Positions 38,090 through 46,871 of a stretch of DNA of 64,000 bases are shown in pieces. The stretch is taken from assembly GCA_947502835.1 (NCBI GenBank), contig CANNBJ010000002.1:475396-539395 (forward strand), given 5' to 3'. A program made the translations under genes and the position numbers. Each line of letters begins with the position of its first letter. The stretch's first letter is position 1. The DNA is from Bdellovibrionales bacterium. Lineage in GTDB: Bacteria > Bdellovibrionota > UBA1018 > CAIMNF01. The notes under the pieces were generated by a model that saw only the letters and a program-made list of their open reading frames with translations, was not told the DNA's origin and did no database searches.

Positions 38090-39133
38090 ATGAAGGTGTC
38101 CACGGGCAGCGGTGTTTGGTCACGGATATCGCCTCTCACGCTTCGGCGCTGGAAGTCTTTTTTTCGCCAAAAACGGGCCTGGTTCGGGCTCTCGGGCTTT
38201 CTCCTCGTGTTCTGCTTTTCGATGACAGCCGAGATCTGGTCAAACAGCAAGCCCTTGCTTCTGAAGCGCGAGGGTGTCTGGTACTTCCCCGCGTTGAAAC
38301 AGTACACGGCCGAGACGTTCGGGATTACCGACAGTTTCGTGGTGGACTATCGGGAACTTGTGAAGGCCGAGAGCGGATCCGGCAAGGTCTCGTACGCGCT
38401 TTTTCCGCTGAATCCTTGGGATCCCTTTGAGCAGACCTCGGATGTGATGACAGGCCCGTCAAGCTCGCACTGGCTTGGAACGGATTCACTCGGGCGGGAC
38501 GTGGCCGCGCGATTGATGTACGGCCTAAGGGTTTCTCTCTCCTATGGCATTCTCTTTTGGCTGGCTTGTTTCTTCATCGGGATCATTGTGGGAAGCGTTC
38601 AAGGATACTTTGCAGGGCGCCTTGATTTCTTCACGGAGCGGGTGAAGGAGCTGATCGAGATTTTGCCCTTTCTTTCCGTTGTGATCCTGATCAATGGTCT
38701 CATGAAGTCCGATTCGTTCTGGGTGACTCTCATGGTGGTGGTGCTGCTTTCGTGGGTCGGAATCGCATCCCAGCTTCGTGCCCAGGTGCTCTCCATCCGG
38801 AACCGGGAGTATTGCGAGGCTGCGCGTGCGGCCGGAGCCCGAAATGCGAGAATCATCTTCACTCATGTGCTCCCGAATGCGCTCACTCCGATTCTGACCC
38901 TCACGCCCTTCACGATTTCCGGGGGAATCACAACACTTGCCGTGCTTGATTATCTGGGATTCGGATTGTCTCCGCCCACCCCGTCGTTGGGAGAGTTGCT
39001 CTCGCAGGGGCGGGCATACATTCAAAATGCACCTTGGCTACTCATTGCCCCCACGGTCTCGCTTTCATGGCTACTCATCTCGATCAATCTGGTGGGCGAG
39101 GCCCTGAGACAAGCCTTCGATCCGCGGCGGTGA
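38090..39133 (+). CDS. ABC transporter permease (YejE-like)
   Basis: LRRWKSFFRQKRAWFGLSGF N-terminus, HWLGTDSLGRDV and EYCEAARAAGARNARIIFTHVLPN EAA loop. Confidence 0.85.
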   Translation: MKVSTGSGVWSRISPLTLRRWKSFFRQKRAWFGLSGFLLVFCFSMTAEIWSNSKPLLLKREGVWYFPALKQYTAETFGITDSFVVDYRELVKAESGSGKVSYALFPLNPWDPFEQTSDVMTGPSSSHWLGTDSLGRDVAARLMYGLRVSLSYGILFWLACFFIGIIVGSVQGYFAGRLDFFTERVKELIEILPFLSVVILINGLMKSDSFWVTLMVVVLLSWVGIASQLRAQVLSIRNREYCEAARAAGARNARIIFTHVLPNALTPILTLTPFTISGGITTLAVLDYLGFGLSPPTPSLGELLSQGRAYIQNAPWLLIAPTVSLSWLLISINLVGEALRQAFDPRR

Positions 39134-39245
39134 GGGGTATCGGGGACGACCATTCCCGTGCCGTTCCTGAACATGAAAAGCGAAAGGGATCTTGTTGGCA
39201 AGTCCAAGGCCCAGGTGATATCCCCTCCTCAGGATTGGAAGAGTC

Positions 39246-40226
39246 ATGGGATCTCGTTTTTTTTCGCCCTTTCGTTCTTACGTAGCCGTTGTTGCCACAT
39301 TGTTCTTGGCGTTCACCCTTCAGCCCCCGGCACAGGCCGATCAGGCGGAGGACGGCAAGATCGCGGTTGTCATCGATCAGGCCATTTCCCGCGCGGGGGC
39401 CAGGGTCGGAGTCGGATCACCCCTGACCCTGCGTCTGCCTCGCATTGAATCCTCGCATTCGGGACTTTTTTTGGGTCAGATGGTCGGGGTGGACGGGAAG
39501 TTCGATCAGATGATCCTTCTCGACTCCGATCTGCAGAGAGTTTTTTTTGCGGATCGCTCCCGGGTCGAGATCAACAGGAACTCCCTTCAGAAAATTCTTC
39601 GTCCCTATCCGCAGGTAGACGGTACGTGCACGGGCTACGCCCTCCATCATTTGTTTGCGCAGATGGGGGTGACGAGGGTTGCTGGAAATGAGCAACTTGC
39701 CGAAACCTTTTCGACCGAGGCCCGGCGAACCCAGTTTTTGGTTCGGGCAATCAATGACTATTACCTTGCAACCCAGCATCGAAATTCCATCCTCGGAATC
39801 ATGAAGGGGTATGCACGGGAGTTCGGTCTTCGGTGCGAGAAGGAGATCTTTAGCGATTCCATCGCGGCGATTCACTATGTGACGGAAAAAACGTCCCGTG
39901 GAATTCCGGTGCTCATTTCCTACTTCATCGGGCCCGATATGGTGAATGGTCCCTACACACTGCAGGATTTCTCAAGCTTTACCGGTTCAAACGGTTCACG
40001 ATCTTTATTGGATGGCCGGCTTTGGGTTCCTCGAAAGATCGGGGAACGCCAAAGCGGGGGGCATAGCGTCGTTGCGGTGGCGACATTCGAGTGGCGCGGC
40101 AGGAGTGAGTTCCTCATGCTTGATTCGGACTGGTCCGAGCCAAGGGTCTGGGATGCGAGCTCTATTCTCTCAGGAAAGGTTGATTTCAAGAACCTCGAGT
40201 TTTACTCTTGTGAGAACGAAAGATGA
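39246..40226 (+). CDS. Secreted hypothetical protein, possible papain-like Cys/His peptidase fold
   Basis: Signal peptide (VAVVATLFLAFTLQPPAQA). Candidate Cys (VDGTCTGYALHH) and His (SGGHSVVAVA) contexts resemble papain-like catalytic residues. The function is inference only. Confidence 0.3.
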   Translation: MGSRFFSPFRSYVAVVATLFLAFTLQPPAQADQAEDGKIAVVIDQAISRAGARVGVGSPLTLRLPRIESSHSGLFLGQMVGVDGKFDQMILLDSDLQRVFFADRSRVEINRNSLQKILRPYPQVDGTCTGYALHHLFAQMGVTRVAGNEQLAETFSTEARRTQFLVRAINDYYLATQHRNSILGIMKGYAREFGLRCEKEIFSDSIAAIHYVTEKTSRGIPVLISYFIGPDMVNGPYTLQDFSSFTGSNGSRSLLDGRLWVPRKIGERQSGGHSVVAVATFEWRGRSEFLMLDSDWSEPRVWDASSILSGKVDFKNLEFYSCENER

Positions 40227-40975
40227 ATCCTGATATGCTTCCCCCCGAGTTTGGTCCCGGATGCCCTTGGTATGAGGCCTTTGAAAAGTATGGCGCACCC
40301 AATGTGAAGTGGTGTGAGCGAAGGGTGTGCGAGGTGCTCAACGAACCCTCGAATGCCTGGTCCAATCTTGCATATCTCGTGGTTGCATTGTTCGTGTTGA
40401 GAATGGCCCTGGATTTGCGGAAATCCAGGCAATCGACCCGTTCCGCCATACTTTTTTCCGCCGTGATTTTTGTCATGGGGGCATTTTCATTCGCGTTTCA
40501 TGCGAGCAACAACTTCCTCACCCAGATCTTCGACTTCATCGGCATGTACCTGTTCGTATTTTTAATTCTGGTTATGAACCTCGTGCGGTTGGGCTGGATC
40601 CAAAACATGCTCGTATTCTGGCACCTGGCTTTGGTGGGGCTTGGAACCGCAACCCTTTTCTGGATGCGCAGCCAGGGGCTTCCGTATCAATTCATCATTG
40701 TTGGCGCCGCAATTCTGATCATCGTTACAGAGATCCTGGCCAAGAGAAGAACAAAGATCGCCATGGGGCGCGACTTTTATCTCGCGATGTCGTTTTTTGC
40801 AGCGGGCGCCGTCTGTTCTGCTCTGGATGCAACTCGAACCATCTGCGTACCCGAGAGCTTGATCCAGGGGCATGCAATCTGGCATTTCCTCTCGGCGCTC
40901 GGCGCCTATTTTTCGGCGCGGTACTACATCGCGCGCACCGATGGTTCCCTCAAAGCAGCGTTCATTTCCACTTGA
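40223..40975 (+). CDS. Ceramidase-family (alkaline ceramidase-like) 7-TM protein
   Basis: VKWCERRVCEVLNEPSNAWSNLAYL matches the WCE...EP.N..SN N-terminal signature. Later FAFHASNN and GHAIWHFLSA His motifs are present, with seven hydrophobic segments. Confidence 0.65.
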   Translation: MNPDMLPPEFGPGCPWYEAFEKYGAPNVKWCERRVCEVLNEPSNAWSNLAYLVVALFVLRMALDLRKSRQSTRSAILFSAVIFVMGAFSFAFHASNNFLTQIFDFIGMYLFVFLILVMNLVRLGWIQNMLVFWHLALVGLGTATLFWMRSQGLPYQFIIVGAAILIIVTEILAKRRTKIAMGRDFYLAMSFFAAGAVCSALDATRTICVPESLIQGHAIWHFLSALGAYFSARYYIARTDGSLKAAFIST

Positions 40976-40976
40976 T

Positions 40977-42968
40977 TCAGCGGGTATCCAGGAGCAGTTT
41001 TTTGCCCATTTTGCTTCGGGGTGCTTCCACAATGCTGCGTGGACCGGATTTTCTTGGTGCATCAAACCGTTTGCCGGCTCCAGTGCGGGATGCTTCATCC
41101 CGTGAACCTTTAGTTGAAGCCTGACGTTTTTCCCGCTCGTATTCCCGCAGGATTTCGCGGTGACCCGGCTTTTGGGGCTGAAGGAGCGCTTGTTGGATTT
41201 TTCGATCCTTCCACTCTTTTGCCACGAAGAGCGGCTTCATGCTCATGGGATTGAGCCCCGTCCAGTACATCGCCGTCGCAAGGGTCATCGGAGTGGGAAT
41301 GAAGGCCTGAACCTGCTGGAGGTTCCATCCTTTTTCTTTCAGGTAGTCGTACACCTTTTCCATTTTTTCGTGGGTGGTGCCCGGAAAGCCCGAGATGAAG
41401 TAAGGCACGACATACTGTTCCTTGCCTGCTTCCTCCGACACTTCCTTGAAGTAGCTCACGAACTCATCGAAATTCTTAAGCCCCGGCTTCTTCATCAGAT
41501 GCAGGACTTCGTCATCGAGATGCTCGGGCGCGACCTTGAGGTGACCGCCGACGTGGTTTGAAATCAGCTCGCGCAAATACTCCTGCCCGGCTTTCTGATC
41601 TGAAAGCGCAAGGTCATACCGAAGGCCTGAGGCGATGTGGATCTTTCGAATGCCCGGAATTTTCCGGGCCTTTCGCAGCATTTCCACCTGCGGAGTGTGA
41701 TCATGCTGAAGTTGGGGGCATACCTTGGGATGGACGCACGAGAGCTTCCGGCATTTGCTCTGGATCTCGGGGCTTTTGCAACTGGTGCGGAACATGTTGG
41801 CGGTAGGTCCGCCGATATCGGACACGATGCCTTTGAAGCCCGGAACCTTGGTAAGTCCTTCGACTTCCTTAAGCACGCTGTCGCTTGAGCGCGACTGAAC
41901 GATCCGACCTTGGTGCAGGGTGATCGCACAAAACGAGCATCCGCCATAGCAGCCGCGAACCGAGTTCACCGAGAAGCGGATCATGTCAGCTGCGGGAATG
42001 CGATGTTTGTATACGGGATGCTGTTCCTTGGTGAAGGGCATCTCGTATACCGCATCCATTTGCTCGGTCGAAAGGGGCAGTGCCGGTGGATTGATGACCA
42101 CGGCTTTTGAGCCGTGATACTGGATCAAGCGTTTCCCGTTGTAGGGAGAGGCTTCGTATTCAATGAAGTAAGCGGCTTTTGCGAATTTTCTCTTGTCGTC
42201 GCGCACTTCCTCAAAGCTTGGAATCGTGAGGCGACCTTCAAGAGTTCGCGCGTGGTCCTTGCTCGTGAGAAATGCGATTCCTCGCTGGGTCTTGATGGTG
42301 TCAAGTGCGCGGGTCGTTGCTTCGTGGGAAAGTGTGACCGGCCCGCCGATTTCCTTTTCTGCTTCCTTGAATGCCTCGACCATCATTTCGGTGGTGCGTT
42401 CTCCCATTCCAAAAACAAGGAAGTCGGCTTTCAGCTCGGAGAGGACCGAGGGACGCACCCGGTTTTGCCAATAGTCGTAGTGAGCAAGGCGTCTCAGCGA
42501 GGCTTCGACTCCGCCGACCACGATCGGAGTATCGGGAAAGGCCTTCCGCGCAAGTTCGGAGTAAACAATGGAGGCGTAGTCCGGGCGCTTTCCGCCCACG
42601 CCACCTTCGGAGTACATGTCGTCGGTGCGTTTCTTTTTGTTGGCCGTGTAGTTGTTGATCATCGAATCGACGGTGCCGCTTGAGACGCCGACGAAGAGTC
42701 GTGGCCGACCCATCTTCAAAAATTCGGTGTGGTCCTTCCACTTGGGTTGCGAGATGATTCCGACGCGAAGCCCGAGTTTTTCAAGCCAGCGGCCGAGGCA
42801 GGGAATTCCAAAGGTCGGGTGATCGACATAGGCGTCTCCCGAAACGAGCAGCACATCGAGCTCGTCCCAGCCGCGCCACTCCATCTCCTGGCGATTGGTG
42901 GGAAGGAAGCGTTTCACGGCCTCGCGGTAGACAATTTCATTGGTGATGGGGGTGGTTTTCGCCTGCAT
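40977..42968 (-). CDS. ygiQ: YgiQ-family radical SAM protein
   Basis: From the internal start, MQAKTTPI...: WDELDVLLVSGDAYVDHPTFGIP, and CYGGCSFCAI (CxxxCxxC radical SAM). Basic C-terminal tail. The upstream extension of ORF 40977..43316 is unlikely to be coding. Confidence 0.85.
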   Translation of the reverse strand: MQAKTTPITNEIVYREAVKRFLPTNRQEMEWRGWDELDVLLVSGDAYVDHPTFGIPCLGRWLEKLGLRVGIISQPKWKDHTEFLKMGRPRLFVGVSSGTVDSMINNYTANKKKRTDDMYSEGGVGGKRPDYASIVYSELARKAFPDTPIVVGGVEASLRRLAHYDYWQNRVRPSVLSELKADFLVFGMGERTTEMMVEAFKEAEKEIGGPVTLSHEATTRALDTIKTQRGIAFLTSKDHARTLEGRLTIPSFEEVRDDKRKFAKAAYFIEYEASPYNGKRLIQYHGSKAVVINPPALPLSTEQMDAVYEMPFTKEQHPVYKHRIPAADMIRFSVNSVRGCYGGCSFCAITLHQGRIVQSRSSDSVLKEVEGLTKVPGFKGIVSDIGGPTANMFRTSCKSPEIQSKCRKLSCVHPKVCPQLQHDHTPQVEMLRKARKIPGIRKIHIASGLRYDLALSDQKAGQEYLRELISNHVGGHLKVAPEHLDDEVLHLMKKPGLKNFDEFVSYFKEVSEEAGKEQYVVPYFISGFPGTTHEKMEKVYDYLKEKGWNLQQVQAFIPTPMTLATAMYWTGLNPMSMKPLFVAKEWKDRKIQQALLQPQKPGHREILREYEREKRQASTKGSRDEASRTGAGKRFDAPRKSGPRSIVEAPRSKMGKKLLLDTR

Positions 42969-43097
42969 GGTTGACGGATTGTATCGGATATGCAAAGGTT
43001 TGGCAAGAACTCCCTCGAGAGAAGGCCGAGTAAACTTATTGAATTTACTGTTTTTTTGGCCGCAAAAGTCTATTTCCCCCTGAAGGAAGAATGTTTC

Positions 43098-43712
43098 ATG
43101 AATCGGATCGTGCTGCTCTTCACACTGCTCTCTTTTCTTTCGTCCCAGATGGCTCTCGCCGACCGAGTTGCCCTTCCTGACCGCGTTGCATCTCCGACGG
43201 TTTCCTCTCATGACCTGCGTGCTGCGACTTCGGAGCTGATTCGAGTCGCTGAAACCGCTCTCGCTGCAATCGATGATCAAATCGCACGCGGCCAGACTCA
43301 ATTTGAGGTCACGCAAGAACGGATTCTTGAGACCATGGGAATTTCAAAAAGTGAGGAAGAGGCACTGCTTGCAAGCAATGAAACCTTTTTCAGGATCAAG
43401 AAAAGATCTGTTGAAAGGGCCTTGGTAAAGGCCAGTTTCTTGAGGAATGGAATTGTGCGGGCTCTTGGTGAAGTGAGATCTTTGGAACATTCTCAGGTCC
43501 AGGCTCAAATGCCGCGCGCCTTGAACCGGCTTTTGACATTTGTGATTGTGGCGGGGTCCACGCTCGCCGGAGTGGTTTACCTTCAGCCCTGGGTGATTGC
43601 CACAATTCCCGGTGTGCTTGCCTTAGGGCCGATTTATGTGGCTGGAGTGATCGGTTTTGCCGGCGGTTGCATTTTGGGCGCGATCTTCCAGACTGTATTC
43701 CAAACGGAGTGA
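43098..43712 (+). CDS. Hypothetical secreted/membrane protein
   Basis: Signal peptide MNRIVLLFTLLSFLSSQMALA, a helical middle and two C-terminal TM segments. I recognise no family. Confidence 0.5.
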   Translation: MNRIVLLFTLLSFLSSQMALADRVALPDRVASPTVSSHDLRAATSELIRVAETALAAIDDQIARGQTQFEVTQERILETMGISKSEEEALLASNETFFRIKKRSVERALVKASFLRNGIVRALGEVRSLEHSQVQAQMPRALNRLLTFVIVAGSTLAGVVYLQPWVIATIPGVLALGPIYVAGVIGFAGGCILGAIFQTVFQTE

Positions 43713-43721
43713 TTGCGATCT

Positions 43722-43917
43722 GAACTGCCCCCGAAGAATGGACCTGATTTAAAAGGGTGCCGCACTAAGTGTCCGTTATAAATACGGTTTTTCATGGTTC
43801 ACAGGATCAAAGGTCGGCTGCCTCGATTTTTGAGGAGAGTCCAAGCCAAAAGCGTTCAAATGTACCGGCGCTCGCCCTTCTCTTGGGGGCCTCAGGTCCA
43901 TTCTTCGGGGGCAGTTC
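43722..43917. mobile_element. MITE-like element M1 with IS1-type TIRs
   Basis: GAACTGCCCCCGAAGAATGGACCTGA (left) and TCAGGTCCATTCTTCGGGGGCAGTTC (right) are inverted repeats matching the IS ends at 52153/53149. Length is 196 bp. Confidence 0.8.
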
Positions 43918-44355
43918 CTAGCGGCCACCCAGCTCAAGGATCTTATTGAACAAAATCTCTGGATTCTTTTGATGCCCGAGAACTTCTTTGAGTGATTCCA
44001 GGGCCTTCAAGCCATTCTGGAGTCGTTGGTCATTGAGTTTCACGAGCGAACGCTTGAGGTCACCGGCGTCCTTGGATCCGCTCGGTTTGTAGAGAACCGC
44101 CTTCAAAAGTTGAACCTTCTGCTCCCGGATCTTCGCTTGAATTTCATCATTCTGGACCGTGAGAGTTTCGATGATGGAGATCAGCTTTTTTTGGGTATCA
44201 GAACTGATGGCCTTATCGGCCATCACCACTTCCTTGAGTTGTTTTTCGAGTTCCGCGTCGGCGTAGGCAGGCGAGGTTCCGAGCAGGGAAATCGCGATCA
44301 AGCATGCTTTGGTTCGGGCGAATGGCTTCAATAATCCGAAGGAAATCGTTTTCAT
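43918..44355 (-). CDS. Periplasmic helical protein (possibly Spy/CpxP-like)
   Basis: Signal peptide ending AYA and a helical, K/E/Q/L-rich ~120 aa mature part. The family call is weak. Its stop codon abuts the M1 right end. Confidence 0.4.
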   Translation of the reverse strand: MKTISFGLLKPFARTKACLIAISLLGTSPAYADAELEKQLKEVVMADKAISSDTQKKLISIIETLTVQNDEIQAKIREQKVQLLKAVLYKPSGSKDAGDLKRSLVKLNDQRLQNGLKALESLKEVLGHQKNPEILFNKILELGGR

Positions 44356-44644
44356 GGCCGGATCATACCTGAAATTCGATCAGATCGCGCTTTTTTCCAT
44401 CGCACAGGATGAGGTCACAGGGGAGGGGTGCCGGTTTCGAATCTATATCCTCTATGGATAATCAATACTTACTCACACGGTGGCCCGGGATTTTGCAGCT
44501 GAAAACCACCGTTCGCTCGAGAAATCACAAGGACCATGCGATCCAAAGGTGGTTTTTCAATGAACTCCGCGCCTAAAACCGGAGACGGATGTCCTTGAGT
44601 AAAGTGTGGACTGGCCCGAAAAAAGGGGGCAGTTTAAGGGAGCC

Positions 44645-45784
44645 ATGAAAAATCGAAACATTCGCGATCTCCTCTCCAGGATTGAAACCCGCATTCCTCC
44701 AAAGGCGTCCGAGGATTGGGATCAGGTGGGTCTGATTGTCGGGAACGCAAACCAAAGCTTGCGAGGAGCTGTGGTCGGTGTGGACCTGACCGAGGCACTC
44801 TTGAAAAAGGCCGAAACAACCCGCTCGAATCTGATCGTGATTCATCATCCTCCTCTGTTTCCAAAAGGCCGTGGAATCAATCGTTTGGTTCTCGGGTCGG
44901 GAACGGACCTTCCCACGCTTTTGTTGAAAGCATTTCAAAAAGGAATCTGCGTGTATGTCGCGCACACCAATTTCGATCGGTGCGCGCTCGATGCAATGGC
45001 AAATCTTGCGAAGGATCTGGGAGCAATCCCGCACGCCCGTGTTTGGGAAGAGCCCGAAGAGGGAAAGACGCTTCTCAAGAAGCTTGTGACTTACATCCCG
45101 GTCGATCATTTTGAGGCGGTCCGGGATGCCCTGTATATGGTCGGGTGCGGTCATATTGGAAATTATGATTGCTGTGGATTCGGAATCCCTGGATTCGGAA
45201 ATTTCAGGCCGCTCAAGGGGGCGTCTCCTTTTCTTGGAAAAGTCGGTGAGATGGAAGAGGTGGAAGAAGTTCGACTCGAAACCTTGATCGTTTCCGGAAT
45301 GGAGGAAGTTGCGATCCGAACTCTCAAGGAGGTGCATCCGTACGAGGAGGTCGCCTACGATCTGTACCCTGTGGAGCAGAATCCCGTGATGAAAGGAATG
45401 GTTTGGGGAATGGGGTACGGTTTCGTTGCGGACCTTGCAAAACCCGTATCTTTCGAGTCTTTCGCGAAGAGGGTCAAGAAAGTATTCAAGGTGGATCGCT
45501 TCCTTGCGAATCAAATCACCCCGAAGCAGGTCAAGCGAATCGCGTTCACACCCGGAAAGGGTTCGTCCTTTTTGAAATCGGTGGGCGCCCACGGAGTCGA
45601 TGTGTTCATTACAGGTGAAGTGGGATACCACGGGTCGCTTGATGCTGCTCGAAGGGCACTCAATGTCATCGAGCTCGGGCATCGCGAGAGTGAGCATTAT
45701 TTCCTGAAGACCTTTGAGAGCTGGTTCAAGGAGTGGAAACTTCCCGTTCAAATGCTTGATGAGCGCACGCAGCGGATCCTTTAA
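44645..45784 (+). CDS. Nif3-family dinuclear metal-centre protein (long form with inserted domain)
   Basis: EDWDQVGLIVGN, LIVIHHPPLF, YVAHTNFD and a C-terminal ELGHRESE motif. The opposite-strand ORF 44573..45751 is a shadow. Confidence 0.85.
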   Translation: MKNRNIRDLLSRIETRIPPKASEDWDQVGLIVGNANQSLRGAVVGVDLTEALLKKAETTRSNLIVIHHPPLFPKGRGINRLVLGSGTDLPTLLLKAFQKGICVYVAHTNFDRCALDAMANLAKDLGAIPHARVWEEPEEGKTLLKKLVTYIPVDHFEAVRDALYMVGCGHIGNYDCCGFGIPGFGNFRPLKGASPFLGKVGEMEEVEEVRLETLIVSGMEEVAIRTLKEVHPYEEVAYDLYPVEQNPVMKGMVWGMGYGFVADLAKPVSFESFAKRVKKVFKVDRFLANQITPKQVKRIAFTPGKGSSFLKSVGAHGVDVFITGEVGYHGSLDAARRALNVIELGHRESEHYFLKTFESWFKEWKLPVQMLDERTQRIL

Positions 45785-45788
45785 TTCA

Positions 45789-46679
45789 ATGTTTCATCCG
45801 AGAAATCGCCATCAAGGTCACTACGATTTCGAAGCATTGAAGCGCAGCAGTCCAGACCTATCCCTCTATGTTGCAAATAACATTCATGGGAATCTTTCGA
45901 TTGACTTCACAAATCCAAAGGCTGTGAAAGCGCTCAATCGAGCTCTTTTAGAGGCGTATTACGGAGTCCGGAACTGGGAGTTTCCTGAAGGGTTTCTCTG
46001 CCCTCCGATTCCGGGTCGCGCAGATTACATTCACCATGTGGCTGACCTTCTCGCCGGCGAGAACTCAGGAGAGATCCCCCGCGGAGCCGCTGTGCGGGGT
46101 CTTGACATCGGAGTCGGGGCCAACGGGATCTATCCCATTCTTGGATATTTCGAGTATGGATGGAGTTTTGTCGGGGCCGAGATCAATCCCGAAGCCATTC
46201 GGGCTGTCTCGGCGATTCTTGATTCAAATCCCGCTCTTCGTGAAAATGTGCAAATACGCCGGCAAACAGCTGAGAAGAATATCTTTCACGGAATCATCCA
46301 GTCCGATGAATTCTTCGACTTCTCAGTGTGTAATCCTCCGTTCCATTCTTCCTCCGAGGAGGCGCAGGCGGGCACCCGAAGAAAGTGGAAGAATCTTGGG
46401 AAGCCTGTTGGAAAGAGGCATGAGAAGCAGCTTGCGAACTTTGGAGGACAGGCCCCGGAGCTCTGGTGTGAGGGGGGAGAGATTGCGTTTTTGAAGCAAA
46501 TGATCCTTGAGAGCGGGGATTGCAAATCCCGGTGCCGATGGTTCACCTCGCTGGTTTCGAAGTCCCGTTCCCTCGAGGTTCTTGAGCCCCTGCTCAAACG
46601 CATTGGGGCCCGGGCGGTCCGGGTACTGGAAATGACACAGGGCCAGAAAAAGAGCAGGGTGTTGGCCTGGACCTTTTGA
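45789..46679 (+). CDS. rlmF: 23S rRNA (adenine1618-N6)-methyltransferase
   Basis: MFHPRNRHQGHYDF N-terminus, GLDIGVGANGIYPILG SAM-binding motif and the CNPPFH catalytic motif. Confidence 0.85.
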   Translation: MFHPRNRHQGHYDFEALKRSSPDLSLYVANNIHGNLSIDFTNPKAVKALNRALLEAYYGVRNWEFPEGFLCPPIPGRADYIHHVADLLAGENSGEIPRGAAVRGLDIGVGANGIYPILGYFEYGWSFVGAEINPEAIRAVSAILDSNPALRENVQIRRQTAEKNIFHGIIQSDEFFDFSVCNPPFHSSSEEAQAGTRRKWKNLGKPVGKRHEKQLANFGGQAPELWCEGGEIAFLKQMILESGDCKSRCRWFTSLVSKSRSLEVLEPLLKRIGARAVRVLEMTQGQKKSRVLAWTF

Positions 46680-46871
46680 AGTGCCCCCGAAGATTGGACC
46701 TGGCTGAGAAAGGATTCAACGAAAAGCCCGATGTCAGGGATGGTTTTGTTTGGCCTTGCTCCAAGGCTCCGGCTGCGCGATTTTTTGATCCTGCGATCCT
46801 ATAAAAACCGCATAATTACAATTGGTTGCATTTCCAAATGGCACTTCCAGGTCCAACCTTCGGGGGCACTT
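46680..46871. mobile_element. MITE-like element M2 with IS1-type TIRs
   Basis: AGTGCCCCCGAAGATTGGACCTGG (left) / CCAGGTCCAACCTTCGGGGGCACT (right). It fills the whole gap between the rlmF stop (46677-46679) and the histidine kinase stop (46870-46872). Confidence 0.8.

Noticed and set aside
40327-41124. 265-aa alternative-frame ORF over the ceramidase-like gene and the ygiQ 3' end
   Set aside because: It has no motifs and is Arg/Pro-rich. The other frame (40223..40975) gives a coherent 7-TM protein with family signatures.
42969-43316. N-terminal extension of the ygiQ ORF up to 43316
   Set aside because: The family-typical sequence starts at MQAKTT (42968). The extension is Arg/Cys-rich and would overlap the divergent gene 43098..43712.
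44427-44444. tRNA T-arm-like string GGTGCCGGTTTCGAATCT
   Set aside because: No complementary T-stem, acceptor stem or anticodon arm can be built around it. At most it is a chance match or a tiny tRNA remnant.
44613-44634. GGCCCGAAAAAAGGGGGCAGTTT, resembling the right TIR of the IS/MITE family, just upstream of the nif3 start
   Set aside because: Only about two thirds of positions match, no left-end partner lies within 300 bp, and the region also serves as the nif3 RBS context. It is too degenerate to call a solo TIR.
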